64,000 nucleotides of DNA, from positions 103,888 through 167,887 of the forward strand of contig JAVBTN010000005.1 in NCBI GenBank assembly GCA_031556185.1, in the 5' to 3' direction. The stretch comes from Oscillospiraceae bacterium. GTDB lineage: Bacteria; Bacillota; Clostridia; Oscillospirales; UBA929. The translations under genes were made by a program, and so were the position numbers. Numbering within the stretch: position 1 is the first letter of the stretch; each line of letters starts with the position of its first letter. The notes beneath the pieces were generated by a model. That model saw nothing but the letters and a program-made list of their open reading frames with translations, did not search any database and was not told where the DNA came from. Below are positions 26,742 through 37,313 of the stretch, in pieces.

Positions 26742-27164
26742 ATGAAACAACCGCGCCGTGACGTCCGGCACACATTGCGCGCCCCGATTGTCGACATGAC
26801 AAACACCAGCAAAAGCGCTGATCGCCGCCATGGCGCCGACATTGTAGTGCGTGCGATCTCCTGGTGCTCATATGCGTCCTGGGCGTTGACCGTCATCGTG
26901 TTTTTGGTTATCGGCAGCGCCAAGCCCGCGGGCGACGATTTTTTTTCCCGTCTGCTGGACACACGGACCAACCATTACTGGTCATATGACCTGCTGCAGT
27001 TGGCCGCCTGGCTGATGCTGGCATGCTTTTTGCTGTGTCTGGTGGGTATCATTTTGTGTTCCAGGCGCAACCGGCGTCGCACCGATCGACTGCCACGATC
27101 GCTGGTCGTCATCTGTATCGGCTCGCTGATGGGCGCCACTCTGTCTTTTTTTCTCTTTTTCTAA
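26742..27164 (+). CDS. hypothetical membrane protein
   Basis: RBS AGGTGA 6 nt upstream. About three predicted TM helices. No family recognised. Confidence 0.5.
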   Translation: MKQPRRDVRHTLRAPIVDMTNTSKSADRRHGADIVVRAISWCSYASWALTVIVFLVIGSAKPAGDDFFSRLLDTRTNHYWSYDLLQLAAWLMLACFLLCLVGIILCSRRNRRRTDRLPRSLVVICIGSLMGATLSFFLFF

Positions 27165-27178
27165 AGGGGATGAATTAG

Positions 27179-27208
27179 GCCCACTGCCCCAAACGGGCAG
27201 TGGGCTTT
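27179..27208. terminator. terminator hairpin (end of the 19.9-27.2 kb co-directional gene string)
   Basis: 11-bp stem GCCCACTGCCC/GGGCAGTGGGC with a 5-nt loop, then TTTG. It lies between convergent genes. Confidence 0.75.
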
Positions 27209-27220
27209 GCGCGTTTCGCC

Positions 27221-27514
27221 TCAAAATTGAGACGTGGAAATACAGCATATTTTGTCCAGCGGGATGGTCTGCGTGACGCCGGCAACCCCCCTACCTCCGC
27301 AGCCACAGCGGGTGCGCGGCCTGCCCGGGCTTCCGAACGAGTCAAAGGGAGAAGTTGACACCAACTGGCAGGTCTGGGTGTCTACATTGCTTACCACGCC
27401 GGTAAATCCGTCTCCGGAGCGCCCGCCGGAGGTGGTAAAGACAGTACACAGCCGACCTTTGTTGCGGCAAAGTGTGTCAAAAATATCATCATCCCGATTA
27501 TATCTGCTAGGCAT
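27221..27514 (-). CDS. small Cys/Gly-rich hypothetical protein (paralog A of a divergent pair)
   Basis: ATG 27514 lies 8 nt after GGAG. The product is MPSRYNRDDDIFDTLCRNKGRLCTVFTTSGGRSGDGFTGVV...TQTIPLDKICCIST. The overlapping plus-strand ORF is Pro-rich and lacks an RBS. Confidence 0.55.
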   Translation of the reverse strand: MPSRYNRDDDIFDTLCRNKGRLCTVFTTSGGRSGDGFTGVVSNVDTQTCQLVSTSPFDSFGSPGRPRTRCGCGGRGVAGVTQTIPLDKICCISTSQF

Positions 27515-27610
27515 GTATTTCAACTCCAAACCGTATTTGAACCGTCACCTTCGGTCCTATCCCATCATATGGTGGAGTGGGTAAAACGACACAAAAAAGG
27601 CGGTGAAACG

Positions 27611-27862
27611 GTGCTCTTTATCCAAAATTACGGACAATTGTCAGGGCTCATACGCCCGTCCGCATGCTGGCGCATGCCAGTGCAGGCGGGTCAGTCCGTA
27701 AGGGTACACACGGTCGGCAGAACATTTTCCGGCTTGTTTTTGTATGAAGATCATGAGACTGTGACGCTGCTGACCGTCTTGCCCGGCCGACGTACGACCC
27801 GCAGGCAGACAGTCGTGATTGTCAAGTCACAGATTGTGGCGATAGAGGAGTGGCGATCGTGA
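27611..27862 (+). CDS. small hypothetical protein (paralog B of a divergent pair)
   Basis: GTG 27611 lies 4 nt after AAGGCGGTGA; the alternative ATG at 27569 has no RBS. Core sequence is QSVRVHTVGRTFSGLFLYEDHETVTLLTV...QTVVIVKSQIVAIEE. Confidence 0.5.
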   Translation: MLFIQNYGQLSGLIRPSACWRMPVQAGQSVRVHTVGRTFSGLFLYEDHETVTLLTVLPGRRTTRRQTVVIVKSQIVAIEEWRS

Positions 27863-27941
27863 GCGGTCGTTTGGCGATAGATCAAACCGCTGCCGGAGCT
27901 TTTTTCTCTCACGAACGGAAACACTGACCGAAACCTTGACT

Positions 27942-27980
27942 AAAGAGAACGGGCCAATCCGTGATCGGCCCGTTCTCTTT
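27942..27980. terminator. bidirectional terminator between small protein B and ppdK
   Basis: AAAGAGAACGGGCC...GGCCCGTTCTCTTT, a stem of about 14 bp with A/T runs on both flanks. Confidence 0.75.
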
Positions 27981-28044
27981 ATAATACGATATAAACTGAT
28001 GGGAATAACGAAAAACAGAAAAACCCAGACCGAGGAGGTCGCTG

Positions 28045-30693
28045 TTATTTTTGGCCCAGGTCGCCGCCGCCGCGCAGTTCATTGACACGCGCCTGCGCCG
28101 CCGCCAAACGCGCGATCGGCACACGGAAAGGCGAGCAGGAGACATATTGCAGTCCGGCAAAGTGGCAGAACTCTACTGACGCCGGGTCACCGCCATGTTC
28201 GCCACAGATGCCCAACTTGATGTTGGGGCGCGTCTTTCTGCCCAAGTCGACGGCCATCTTGACAAGACGACCCACGCCGGTTTGATCCATCTTCACAAAG
28301 GGGTCAGACTCATAAATTTTGCGGCTGTAATAGTCGTCGAGGAACTTGCCGGCGTCGTCGCGCGAGAAGCCGAAGGTCATTTGCGTGAGGTCATTGGTTC
28401 CGAAGCTGAAGAATTCGGCCTCGACGGCAATCTCGTCCGCTGTCAGCGCCGCGCGCGGGATCTCAATCATGGTGCCCACCATATATTTCAGCGCCACGCC
28501 GGACTGGGAGATGATCTCGTCGGCGGTACGTACAATGATATCTTTGACAAACTTCATCTCGCGCACATCACCCACCAGGGGGATCATGATTTCCGGGACG
28601 ATGTTCAGATTTGTCTCCTTGTGTACATTGATGGCCGCTTCAATAATCGCCCGGGCCTGCATCTCGGCAATTTCCGGGTATGAGACGGCCAAACGGCAGC
28701 CGCGGTGCCCCATCATGGGGTTAAACTCATGCAGACCGTCAATGGCGCTTTTGAGATCCGCCACCGAAAGACTCAGTTCTTTGGCCAGCGCTTGGATATC
28801 TTCTTCCTTTTGCGGCAGGAACTCATGGAGAGGCGGATCCAGCAGGCGGATGGTCACGGGACGCTCTCCCATGGCCTTGAAAATGCCTTCAAAGTCTCCG
28901 CGTTGCATGGGCAGCAACTTGGCCAATGCCGCGCGGCGAGACGCCTCGTCTTTGGCCACAATCATCTCGCGCATCGGCATAATGCGGTCGGTGTCAAAAA
29001 ACATATGCTCTGTGCGGGTCAGGCCGATACCCTCGGCGCCGAAAGACACCGCCTGCTCGGCGTCGTGCGGGGTGTCGGCATTGGTACGCACTTTGAGGGT
29101 ACGGATTTCGTCTGCCCAACTCATGAAGGTGGCGAAGTCTCCGGTCACAGTGGCCTCCACAGTGGGCAGCTGACCCACATATACGTGGCCGGTGGAGCCG
29201 TCGATGCTCATGTATTCGCCGGCCTTAAGCGTCTGACCGGCCACCGTCAGCGTTTGCGTCTGCTCGCTGACCACCACGTCTCCGCATCCGGCCACACAGC
29301 AGGTGCCCATGCCACGGGCCACCACGGCCGCGTGAGACGTCATGCCACCGCGCGCGGTGAGAATGCCCTGCGCTGCGTACATCCCTTCGATGTCCTCCGG
29401 GGAGGTCTCTTGGCGCACAAGGAGGACAGGCCCCTTTTTGGCCTCCGTCACCGCCTGCTCGGCGGTGAAACACAGCCGCCCGCAGGCGGCGCCCGGTGAG
29501 GCGGCCAGGCCGGTCGCCACAGGTTTCGCCGCTTTGAGCGCCTTGGGTTCAAACTGCGGATGCAGCAATGTATCCAGCTGCTTGGGGTCGACCTTTAAAA
29601 TGACGTCTTCTTTGGAGCACATACCTTCGGCCACCATGTCGACGGCCACCTTGAGCGCGGCCGGAGCCGTCCGCTTACCATTGCGGGTTTGCAGCATGTA
29701 CAACGTGCCCTTTTCAATGGTGAATTCCATATCCTGCATGTCGTGATAGTGCTTTTCCAGTGTGTCTGCAATGGAGGCAAACTGGGTATAGACGTCCGGC
29801 ATGACTTGCGCAAGCTGGTCAATCGACTGCGGCGTGCGAATGCCGGCCACAACGTCCTCACCTTGGGCGTTCATCAAAAACTCGCCATACAGCTTTTTTT
29901 CGCCAGTGGCTGGGTTGCGGGTAAACGCGACGCCCGTCCCCGAATCATCTCCCATGTTTCCAAAGACCATTGACTGCACGTTGACCGCAGTACCCCAGGA
30001 AGAGGGGATGTCATTCATCCGTCTGTAAACGATGGCGCGGGGGTTGTTCCAGGAGCGGAAAACAGCCTTGACGGCTTCCAACAGCTGCACTTTTGGGTCG
30101 GCCGGGAATTCTTCGCCCTTTTGTTCTTTATAATAGCCTTTAAACTGCGAAACCAGGGCCTTCATATCCTCTGTGTCCAGTTCGGTATCGTGCACAACAC
30201 CTTTGTTCTCCTTCATCGCATGGATAAAGGTCTCAAAGTGCGCCTTTGACATTTCCATGACGACATCAGAAAACATCTGCACGAAGCGGCGATAGGAGTC
30301 GTAGACAAAACGAGGGTTACCTGTGAGGGCGGCAAGGCTTTCGGCGACCGTATCGTTCATGCCCAAGTTCAAAATGGTGTCCATCATGCCCGGCATGGAG
30401 GCCCGGGAACCGGAACGCACGGACACCAACAGCGGATTGGCCGCGTCGCCAAACTTTTTGCCGCTTATGGACTCCAGTTTTTTCATGTACTCATCAATTT
30501 GCGTCTCGATTTCGGCGGAGATGACCTCTCCATCGTCATAGTAGCGGGTGCAGGCCTCGGTGGTCACAGTGAAGCCCTGCGGAACAGGCAGGCCGAGGTT
30601 GGTCATTTCAGCCAGATTGGCGCCTTTGCCGCCCAACAGATCGCGCATTTCACTGCGCCCTTCGGAAAACAGGTATACGTACTTCACAGTCAT
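28045..30693 (-). CDS. ppdK: pyruvate, phosphate dikinase
   Basis: Phosphohistidine motif GGMTSHAAVVARG, ATP-grasp N-terminus (GGKGANLAEM) and PEP-utilising C-terminus (GICGEHGGDP). The start is either ATG 30693 or GTG 30687; the latter has better spacing from GAAGGAGA and gives MKYVYLF. Confidence 0.95.
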   Translation of the reverse strand: MTVKYVYLFSEGRSEMRDLLGGKGANLAEMTNLGLPVPQGFTVTTEACTRYYDDGEVISAEIETQIDEYMKKLESISGKKFGDAANPLLVSVRSGSRASMPGMMDTILNLGMNDTVAESLAALTGNPRFVYDSYRRFVQMFSDVVMEMSKAHFETFIHAMKENKGVVHDTELDTEDMKALVSQFKGYYKEQKGEEFPADPKVQLLEAVKAVFRSWNNPRAIVYRRMNDIPSSWGTAVNVQSMVFGNMGDDSGTGVAFTRNPATGEKKLYGEFLMNAQGEDVVAGIRTPQSIDQLAQVMPDVYTQFASIADTLEKHYHDMQDMEFTIEKGTLYMLQTRNGKRTAPAALKVAVDMVAEGMCSKEDVILKVDPKQLDTLLHPQFEPKALKAAKPVATGLAASPGAACGRLCFTAEQAVTEAKKGPVLLVRQETSPEDIEGMYAAQGILTARGGMTSHAAVVARGMGTCCVAGCGDVVVSEQTQTLTVAGQTLKAGEYMSIDGSTGHVYVGQLPTVEATVTGDFATFMSWADEIRTLKVRTNADTPHDAEQAVSFGAEGIGLTRTEHMFFDTDRIMPMREMIVAKDEASRRAALAKLLPMQRGDFEGIFKAMGERPVTIRLLDPPLHEFLPQKEEDIQALAKELSLSVADLKSAIDGLHEFNPMMGHRGCRLAVSYPEIAEMQARAIIEAAINVHKETNLNIVPEIMIPLVGDVREMKFVKDIIVRTADEIISQSGVALKYMVGTMIEIPRAALTADEIAVEAEFFSFGTNDLTQMTFGFSRDDAGKFLDDYYSRKIYESDPFVKMDQTGVGRLVKMAVDLGRKTRPNIKLGICGEHGGDPASVEFCHFAGLQYVSCSPFRVPIARLAAAQARVNELRGGGDLGQK

Positions 30694-30952
30694 TCTCCTT
30701 CTCTGCCGAATAGACATCCCAAGAGGGTACGTCATATTCTCAACGTTTGCTGCAAGTCAATATTATATACCATCTTTGGCGAAAATAGCAAGAGGGCGTC
30801 CGGAAGAATTACACAAAAACGGGACAAACGACCATGGGCAGGCGTCGGGCGCATGTCTTCAGGCCTGCGCAACCTGGCCGCTATTCGCCCGGACACCGAC
30901 AGCGCACAAACGATTTCCGTGACGTGACCACCTGTCGGCCATGTATTGGACA

Positions 30953-30981
30953 TTGACCATTTTCCCCCAACGTGGTACAAT
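30953..30981 (+). promoter_or_regulatory. sigma-A-type promoter for the MATE transporter gene
   Basis: TTGACC (30953-30958), N17, TACAAT (30976-30981) with a TG-extended -10. Confidence 0.6.
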
Positions 30982-31011
30982 TTTTAATACTTGTATCTGC
31001 GGAGGAACCAC

Positions 31012-32385
31012 ATGGGAGAAGCATCAAAAACAGATTTGACGCAGGGCGGCATTTTGGCCAAGCTCCTGCATGTTGCCGTGCCTATCATGGGCACGCAACT
31101 CGTACAAATGGCCTACAATTTGACGGATATGTTCTGGCTAGGCCGTGTGGGCAGCAACGCTGTGGCCGCCTCCGGTTCCGCAGGCATGTTTATGTGGCTG
31201 GGTATGGCCTTTTTGATTTTGGGCCGCATGGGTGCGGAAATTGGGGTGTCCCAGAGTATGGGCCGCCGCGAGCCGGACAGCGCCAAGGCATTTTCACAAA
31301 ACGCCATGCTCATCGGCGCGGCGTTTGGCGTACTGTACGGCCTGGCGCTGCTGTTGTTCAACCAGCAGATGATCAGTTTTTTTGACATCCCTGAGGCGCA
31401 AGTGGCGGCGGACGCCGCCGGTTATCTGTGCATCATCGGCCTGGGTGTGCCGGCCACCTACATCAGCGGCGCGCTGACGGGCACCTTTAACGGCGCAGGA
31501 AACTCCCGCGTCTCGTTTGCCGCCAACGCCGTCGGGCTGGGCGTCAACATGTTGCTCGACCCCTTGATGATCTTCGTGTTCAAGATGGACATTTTTGGCG
31601 CTGCCTGGGCCACTGTGATTGCGCAGTGGGTGGTGGCGGGTATCTTTATGCTGGCGATCAAGTGGGCCAAAAGTCGTCCGTTTGCCCGGTACAGGATTTG
31701 GCTGCGTCCGGACTTTGCGTGCATATGGCGCGTTGTGCGGTGGAGCCTGCCCGTGGCGTTGGAGAGCTTGCTTTTTACATTGCTGTCGATGCTCATTGCC
31801 CGTTCTGTGGCCTCCTATGGCGCCAACGCCATCTCCGTCAGCCGCGTGGGGTCACAGGTGGAGTCACTGTCCTGGCTGATAGGCGGCGGCTTTGGATCAG
31901 CGCTGACGGCCTTTGTTGGACAGAATTATGGCGCCGGGAAGTGGTCGAGGATCCATCGCGGTTTTAAGCTGTCCATTGGGGCCATGGCCATTTATGGCGT
32001 AGTTGTCACCGCTGTTTTGTTTTTTCTGGGGCGCATGCTGTTTTATCTGTTTTTGCCGGACATGGTTATAGCGGACATGGGTGGCGTTTACTTAAAAATT
32101 CTGGCGGCCTGCCAGCTGGTGGCTTGCCTGGAAGCGGTGTCTGCGGGTGCGTTCCGGGGCGTCGGCAAGACACTGCCGCCCTCACTGGCCAGCATATTGT
32201 CCAACGCCATGCGTGTGCCGTTGTCATGGGCCCTGTCACAGACTTCCCTCGGCCTGGACGGCATCTGGTGGGGCATCACCATCGGTGCCACCGTACGTGG
32301 TTTGTGGATTTTCGTGTGGTATGTATGGACATCTCGACGACTCCCCCGCGCGGATACGGAAGCGCTGGTGGGTGCGACCGGATAA
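31012..32385 (+). CDS. MATE-family efflux transporter
   Basis: 457 aa and about 12 TM helices. The N-terminus (LTQGGILAKLLHVAVPIMGTQLVQMAYNLTDMFWLGRVG) is typical of MATE. Start at ATG 31012 follows GGAGGA. Confidence 0.9.
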   Translation: MGEASKTDLTQGGILAKLLHVAVPIMGTQLVQMAYNLTDMFWLGRVGSNAVAASGSAGMFMWLGMAFLILGRMGAEIGVSQSMGRREPDSAKAFSQNAMLIGAAFGVLYGLALLLFNQQMISFFDIPEAQVAADAAGYLCIIGLGVPATYISGALTGTFNGAGNSRVSFAANAVGLGVNMLLDPLMIFVFKMDIFGAAWATVIAQWVVAGIFMLAIKWAKSRPFARYRIWLRPDFACIWRVVRWSLPVALESLLFTLLSMLIARSVASYGANAISVSRVGSQVESLSWLIGGGFGSALTAFVGQNYGAGKWSRIHRGFKLSIGAMAIYGVVVTAVLFFLGRMLFYLFLPDMVIADMGGVYLKILAACQLVACLEAVSAGAFRGVGKTLPPSLASILSNAMRVPLSWALSQTSLGLDGIWWGITIGATVRGLWIFVWYVWTSRRLPRADTEALVGATG

Positions 32386-32393
32386 AAATGACA

Positions 32394-32423
32394 CGAGAGC
32401 CCGTCAATTTTGGCGGGCTCTCG
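32394..32423 (+). terminator. terminator hairpin after the MATE gene
   Basis: 10-bp stem CGAGAGCCCG/CGGGCTCTCG. The trailing T-run is weak. Confidence 0.55.
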
Positions 32424-32503
32424 TTATGGAATCGACGGTTGTCCGGCGGGCATGTTTCCAGTGCGGACAAGCGCCATAGGCCCGTGGGCGTCGAGCGACA
32501 ACG

Positions 32504-32534
32504 AAAAGGCGTCCGCCAAAACGGCGGACGCCTT
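32504..32534 (-). terminator. intrinsic terminator after tuf
   Basis: The minus strand reads AAGGCGTCCGCC-gtttt-GGCGGACGCC followed by TTTTCG. Confidence 0.8.
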
Positions 32535-32552
32535 AAAACGGTCTTGTAACGC

Positions 32553-33752
32553 TTAGGAGATGACCTTAATGACAACGCCCGAGCCGACAGTGCGGCCGCC
32601 TTCACGGATGGCGAAACGCAGGCCTTCCTCGATGGCGATGGGGGTAATCAGCTCGACGTCCATCTCGATGTTGTCGCCGGGCATGCACATCTCGACGCCG
32701 GCCGGCAGATTGACTACGCCGGTCACATCGGTGGTGCGGAAGTAGAACTGCGGACGATAGTTGCCGAAGAACGGGGTATGACGTCCGCCCTCTTCTTTGG
32801 TCAGGACGTAAACCTGGCCTTGGAACTTGGTGTGGGGCTTAATGGAGCCGGGCTTGGCCAGAACCTGACCACGCTCGATATCGGTTTTGGCCACGCCGCG
32901 CAGCAAGCAACCTGCGTTGTCGCCGGCTTCCGCGTAGTCAAGGGTTTTGTGGAACATCTCGATACCGGTGATAACCGTCTTGCGGGTGTCACGAATACCG
33001 ACGATTTCAACCTCTTCACCCATTTTGATGTTTCCGCGCTCCACGCGACCGGTGGCAACGGTGCCGCGGCCGGTGATGGTGAAGACGTCTTCAACTGGCA
33101 TCAGGAAGGGCAGATCGGCCTTGCGCTCTGGGGTGGGGATATAGGCGTCGACAGCGGCCATGAGCTCTGCAATGGCAGCATATTCAGGCGCGCTCGCATC
33201 GGTGGACGTGCTCTCCAGCGCCTGCAGGGCGGAACCCTTGATAATGGGAATGTCGTCGCCCGGGAACTCGTATTTGGACAAAAGCTCGCGAACCTCCATC
33301 TCAACGAGCTCAAGCAGCTCGGGATCGTCGACCTGGTCGACTTTGTTCATGAAAACAACGATATAGGGCACGCCGACCTGACGGGCCAGCACGATGTGCT
33401 CACGGGTCTGGGGCATGGGGCCGTCGGCGGCGGACACGACCAGAATGGCGCCGTCCATCTGCGCGGCACCGGTGATCATGTTCTTGACATAGTCAGCATG
33501 GCCGGGGCAGTCCACGTGCGCATAGTGGCGGTTGTCGGTCTCATATTCGACGTGAGAGGTGTTGATTGTGATGCCGCGGGCTTTTTCTTCGGGCGCCTTG
33601 TCGATGGCGTCATACGCCATAAAGTTGGCCTTGCCGGAGAAGCCGAGCACCTTGGTGATGGCGGCGGTCAACGTGGTCTTGCCATGGTCGACGTGACCAA
33701 CCGTGCCGATGTTAACGTGAGGTTTGGAGCGTTCAAATTTTTGCTTGCCCAT
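32553..33752 (-). CDS. tuf: elongation factor Tu
   Basis: Unmistakable EF-Tu sequence ([31 protein letters not shown]). ATG 33752 aligns with the canonical N-terminus MGKQKFER. The track ORF begins 9 nt upstream at a TTG. Confidence 0.97.
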   Translation of the reverse strand: MGKQKFERSKPHVNIGTVGHVDHGKTTLTAAITKVLGFSGKANFMAYDAIDKAPEEKARGITINTSHVEYETDNRHYAHVDCPGHADYVKNMITGAAQMDGAILVVSAADGPMPQTREHIVLARQVGVPYIVVFMNKVDQVDDPELLELVEMEVRELLSKYEFPGDDIPIIKGSALQALESTSTDASAPEYAAIAELMAAVDAYIPTPERKADLPFLMPVEDVFTITGRGTVATGRVERGNIKMGEEVEIVGIRDTRKTVITGIEMFHKTLDYAEAGDNAGCLLRGVAKTDIERGQVLAKPGSIKPHTKFQGQVYVLTKEEGGRHTPFFGNYRPQFYFRTTDVTGVVNLPAGVEMCMPGDNIEMDVELITPIAIEEGLRFAIREGGRTVGSGVVIKVIS

Positions 33753-33855
33753 GGTGTTCAATGTCCTCCTTGTATTTTTATATCATTTAATATTTTTTTA
33801 GAAGCGATGATGCTATTGTACAGGCTGAAGGCCATTTTGGCAAGTCCTATTTGCC

Positions 33856-35931
33856 TTAGCGGCCCTGCTTTTCAATGAGCTTTTCCTGGATGCTCTTGGG
33901 GATCTCGACATAGTGACTGGGTTCCATGGCGTATACGCCGCGACCCTGGGTACGGGAACGCAAATCGGTGGCGTAGCCGAACATCTCGGACAACGGCACA
34001 TAGGCCTCGATCTGCTGGGCGCCCGCCCGCGCTTCCATGCCGTGAATGTGCGCGCGGCGACCATTGAGATCGCCGATCACGTCGCCCATGTACTCTTCGG
34101 CAACGGTCACAACTACCTTCATGATGGGCTCAAGCAGCACAGGATCGGCTTTGCGGCAGGCCTCTTTAAAGGCCATGGAGGCGGCAATTTTGAAGGCCAT
34201 TTCAGACGAGTCCACCTCGTGGTAGGAGCCGTCGTACAATGTCGCTTTTACGTCGACCACCTGGTAGCCGGCCAGCACGCCCGATTGCATGGCGCCCTGG
34301 ATGCCAGCGTCGATGGCGGGGATATACTCTTTGGGCACTGTACCGCCCACAATTTTGTTGATAAACTCATAACCCTTGCCCGATTCGTTGGGCTCCACAA
34401 TGATTTTGACGTGACCATACTGGCCGCGTCCGCCCGACTGGCGGGCGTACTTGTGGTCTACGTCGGCCAGCTTGCGAATGGTCTCCTTGTAGGCGACCTG
34501 TGGCTTGCCGATGTTGGCCTCCACCTTGAACTCGCGCAGCAGACGGTCGACAATGATCTCCAGATGGAGCTCGCCCATACCGGCGATGATGGTCTGGCCG
34601 GTATCCTCGTCGGTGTAGGTCTTAAACGTGGGGTCTTCCTCCGAGAGCTTGGCCAGCGCCACGCCCATCTTCTCCTGGCCGGCTTTGGTGCGCGGCTCGA
34701 TAGCGACACGAATGACCGGTTCGGGGAACTCCATGGATTCCAGAACAATCTGATGTTTATCGTCGCACAGCGTATCGCCCGTAGTGGTGTTTTTCAGGCC
34801 GACGGCGGCGGCAATGTCGCCGGCATAGACCTGATCTACGTCCTCACGGTGGTTGGCGTGCATGAGCAGCACGCGGCCGAAGCGCTCACGATGACCCTTG
34901 GTGGAGTTGACAGCGGTGGAGCCCGAAGTGATGGAGCCCGAATAGACCCTGAAGAAGCACAGTTTTCCCACGAATGGATCGGTCATGATCTTAAAGGCCA
35001 ACGCCGAGAAAGGCGCCTCGTCAGATGACGGACGGGTATCGTCCTCGCCGGTGTCGGGATTGGTGCCGGTCATATCCGGTATGTCTAGGGGCGAAGGCAT
35101 ATAGGCAACAATGGCGTCGAGCAGGTTTTGCACGCCTTTGTTGCGGTACGATGTGCCGCACAGCACCGGAATCATCTTGACGTCAATGGTGGCGCGGCGG
35201 ATGGTTTTGTGAATGAGCGTCTCCGGGATGTCTTTCCCTTCCAGATAAAGCTCCATCAGTTCGTCGTCAAAGGACGAAATCTCCTCGAGCATGTGCTGGC
35301 GATAGAGCGCTGCCTCATCGGCGAGCTCTGCCGGGATCTCCTCTTCGCGGATATCCTTGCCCAGCTCGTCAAAGGCGATATACGCTTTCATGGCGACCAG
35401 ATCAATCAGGCCCTTGAAGTCAGCCTCGGCTCCGATCGGAATCTGAAGGGGAATGGCGTTGCACTTGAGGCGCTCGCGCATCATGTCCACAACACTGTGG
35501 AAGTTGGCTCCCATGATGTCCATTTTGTTGACATAGGCAAGGCGCGGAACACCGTAGCGGTCGGCTTGACGCCAGACCGTCTCAGACTGAGGCTCAACAC
35601 CGCCTTTGGCACAGAAAACACATACCGCGCCGTCAAGCACACGAAGGCTGCGCTCTACCTCGATGGTAAAATCGACATGGCCCGGGGTATCGATGATATT
35701 GATGCGGTGATCTTTCCAATGGCACGTCGTAGCCGCCGACGTGATGGTAATTCCACGCTCCTGCTCCTGCGCCATCCAGTCCATGGTGGCGGTGCCCTCA
35801 TGGGTTTCACCCAGCTTATAGCTGCGTCCCGTGTAAAACAGGATACGTTCGGTGGTCGTCGTCTTGCCCGCGTCAATATGGGCCATAATGCCAATGTTGC
35901 GGACGAATTGCAGTGGTACCTGGCGTGGCAT
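33856..35931 (-). CDS. fusA: elongation factor G
   Basis: [21 protein letters not shown] and [15 protein letters not shown], with full-length EF-G architecture (691 aa). Confidence 0.97.
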   Translation of the reverse strand: MPRQVPLQFVRNIGIMAHIDAGKTTTTERILFYTGRSYKLGETHEGTATMDWMAQEQERGITITSAATTCHWKDHRINIIDTPGHVDFTIEVERSLRVLDGAVCVFCAKGGVEPQSETVWRQADRYGVPRLAYVNKMDIMGANFHSVVDMMRERLKCNAIPLQIPIGAEADFKGLIDLVAMKAYIAFDELGKDIREEEIPAELADEAALYRQHMLEEISSFDDELMELYLEGKDIPETLIHKTIRRATIDVKMIPVLCGTSYRNKGVQNLLDAIVAYMPSPLDIPDMTGTNPDTGEDDTRPSSDEAPFSALAFKIMTDPFVGKLCFFRVYSGSITSGSTAVNSTKGHRERFGRVLLMHANHREDVDQVYAGDIAAAVGLKNTTTGDTLCDDKHQIVLESMEFPEPVIRVAIEPRTKAGQEKMGVALAKLSEEDPTFKTYTDEDTGQTIIAGMGELHLEIIVDRLLREFKVEANIGKPQVAYKETIRKLADVDHKYARQSGGRGQYGHVKIIVEPNESGKGYEFINKIVGGTVPKEYIPAIDAGIQGAMQSGVLAGYQVVDVKATLYDGSYHEVDSSEMAFKIAASMAFKEACRKADPVLLEPIMKVVVTVAEEYMGDVIGDLNGRRAHIHGMEARAGAQQIEAYVPLSEMFGYATDLRSRTQGRGVYAMEPSHYVEIPKSIQEKLIEKQGR

Positions 35932-35958
35932 GGTGTTGCTCCTTTATAAATCGAATGA

Positions 35959-36429
35959 TTACCAGCGGTAATGGGCAAAAGCCTTGTTGGCGTCTGCCAT
36001 TTTGTGTGTGTCTTCGCGCTTTTTCACGGCATTGCCTGTGCTGTTGACAGCGTCCATGATTTCGCCGGCCAAACGCTCGTGCATGGTCTTTTCGCCGCGG
36101 TTGCGGGAATAGTTGACCAGCCAGCGCAGGCCCAGGGTTTGACGACGCTCGGGGCGAACCTCAAGCGGCACCTGATAGGTGGCGCCGCCGACACGGCGGG
36201 CTTTGACCTCCAGGGTGGGCATGATGTTCTCCATAGCTTGGGTAAAAGCCTCCAAAGGCTCCTTTTTCGTTTTTTCGCGAATGATGTCGAACGCGCCGTA
36301 CACCACTTTTTGGGCGACTCCTTTTTTTCCGTCGAGCATGATGCCGTTGATCAGTTTGGTCACGAGTTTGGAGTTGTACAGCGGATCGGGCAGTACATCT
36401 CTTTTGGGTACAAATCCACGTCTGGGCAC
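35959..36429 (-). CDS. rpsG: 30S ribosomal protein S7
   Basis: Canonical (M)[20 protein letters not shown]-terminus from GTG 36429, 7 nt after AAGGAGGG. The track ORF is extended by 11 codons. Confidence 0.95.
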   Translation of the reverse strand: MPRRGFVPKRDVLPDPLYNSKLVTKLINGIMLDGKKGVAQKVVYGAFDIIREKTKKEPLEAFTQAMENIMPTLEVKARRVGGATYQVPLEVRPERRQTLGLRWLVNYSRNRGEKTMHERLAGEIMDAVNSTGNAVKKREDTHKMADANKAFAHYRW

Positions 36430-36570
36430 TTTGCTTCCCTCCTTCACAGCAATGAATTTCATAGGTACTCGAAAGCGTGCCCGCTTCCGTTCGTGCCCCG
36501 TTTTTCATGGATATCCGCCCAAGAGCGACATACCGATGTATAAAAACGGGACAGAACCAGTCCCTGGGAG

Positions 36571-36993
36571 TTACTTCGTTGCGGCCTTCGGCCGTTTGGC
36601 GCCATACTTGGAACGGGCCTGACGACGGCCGTTGACACCTTGTGTGTCCAAGGTGCCGCGAATGATGTGGTAGCGCACGCCAGGGATATCCTTGACGCGG
36701 CCGCCGCGAATCATAACGACACTGTGCTCCTGCAAATTGTGTCCGACGCCGGGGATATAGGCCGAGACCTCAATGCCGTTGGACAGACGCACACGGGCGA
36801 TTTTGCGAAGCGCTGAGTTGGGCTTCTTGGGGGTGGCCGTTCTCACCGCGGTGCAAACGCCGCGCTTTTGCGGGCTGGACAAATCGGTGGACTCACGCTT
36901 GATGGTGTTGAGGCCTTTCTGCAGCGCGGGCGCGGTCGATTTGTAGGTGACCTGTTCGCGTCCATGACGCACCAATTGGTTAAATGTCGGCAT
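36571..36993 (-). CDS. rpsL: 30S ribosomal protein S12
   Basis: [13 protein letters not shown]...[10 protein letters not shown]...[14 protein letters not shown] is the canonical S12 sequence. Confidence 0.97.
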   Translation of the reverse strand: MPTFNQLVRHGREQVTYKSTAPALQKGLNTIKRESTDLSSPQKRGVCTAVRTATPKKPNSALRKIARVRLSNGIEVSAYIPGVGHNLQEHSVVMIRGGRVKDIPGVRYHIIRGTLDTQGVNGRRQARSKYGAKRPKAATK

Positions 36994-37070
36994 GGTTTTC
37001 CTCCTTTCCTCGTTAATTCATTATTGTTTCGGAAACATACGCAGTATATTCCGCAAAACACAAAAAAGTG

Positions 37071-37313
37071 TTATTTGAGAAGCGCCGCCACAGAAGCGCC
37101 CACCTCAATGCCGCAGGCATGGCCAAGCTCGGCCATGGTTTCCACCCAGGTGACCGACAAATCCAGCTGCTGACAGGCAGAGATGACCGGTTGAATGACA
37201 CGGCTCTCTGCGTCCCGGGCGATAAATACCGCCTTGACTTCCCGTGAGAGAACGGCCTTGCGGGTTTGCTTGACGCCGACGACTTTGGGAGAGATCTTCA
37301 ATTGATCTGTCAC
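37071..37313 (-). CDS. ribosomal L7Ae/L30e-family protein (YbxF/RplGB-like)
   Basis: Small protein between rpoC and rpsL, as in other Firmicutes (VVGVKQTRKAVLSREVKAVFIARDAE...). The GTG 37313 start, 9 nt after GGGAGG, is my choice. Confidence 0.75.
   Translation of the reverse strand: MTDQLKISPKVVGVKQTRKAVLSREVKAVFIARDAESRVIQPVISACQQLDLSVTWVETMAELGHACGIEVGASVAALLK

Noticed and set aside
27234-27584. Plus-strand 116-aa ORF overlapping small protein A
   Set aside because: Its translation is Pro-rich and low-complexity with no SD. The minus-strand frame has GGAG 8 nt before its ATG and shows similarity to the neighbouring small protein B.
32778-35949. Plus-strand ORFs 32778..33878, 33913..35028 and 35128..35949
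   Set aside because: They are antisense to tuf and fusA and are shadow ORFs.
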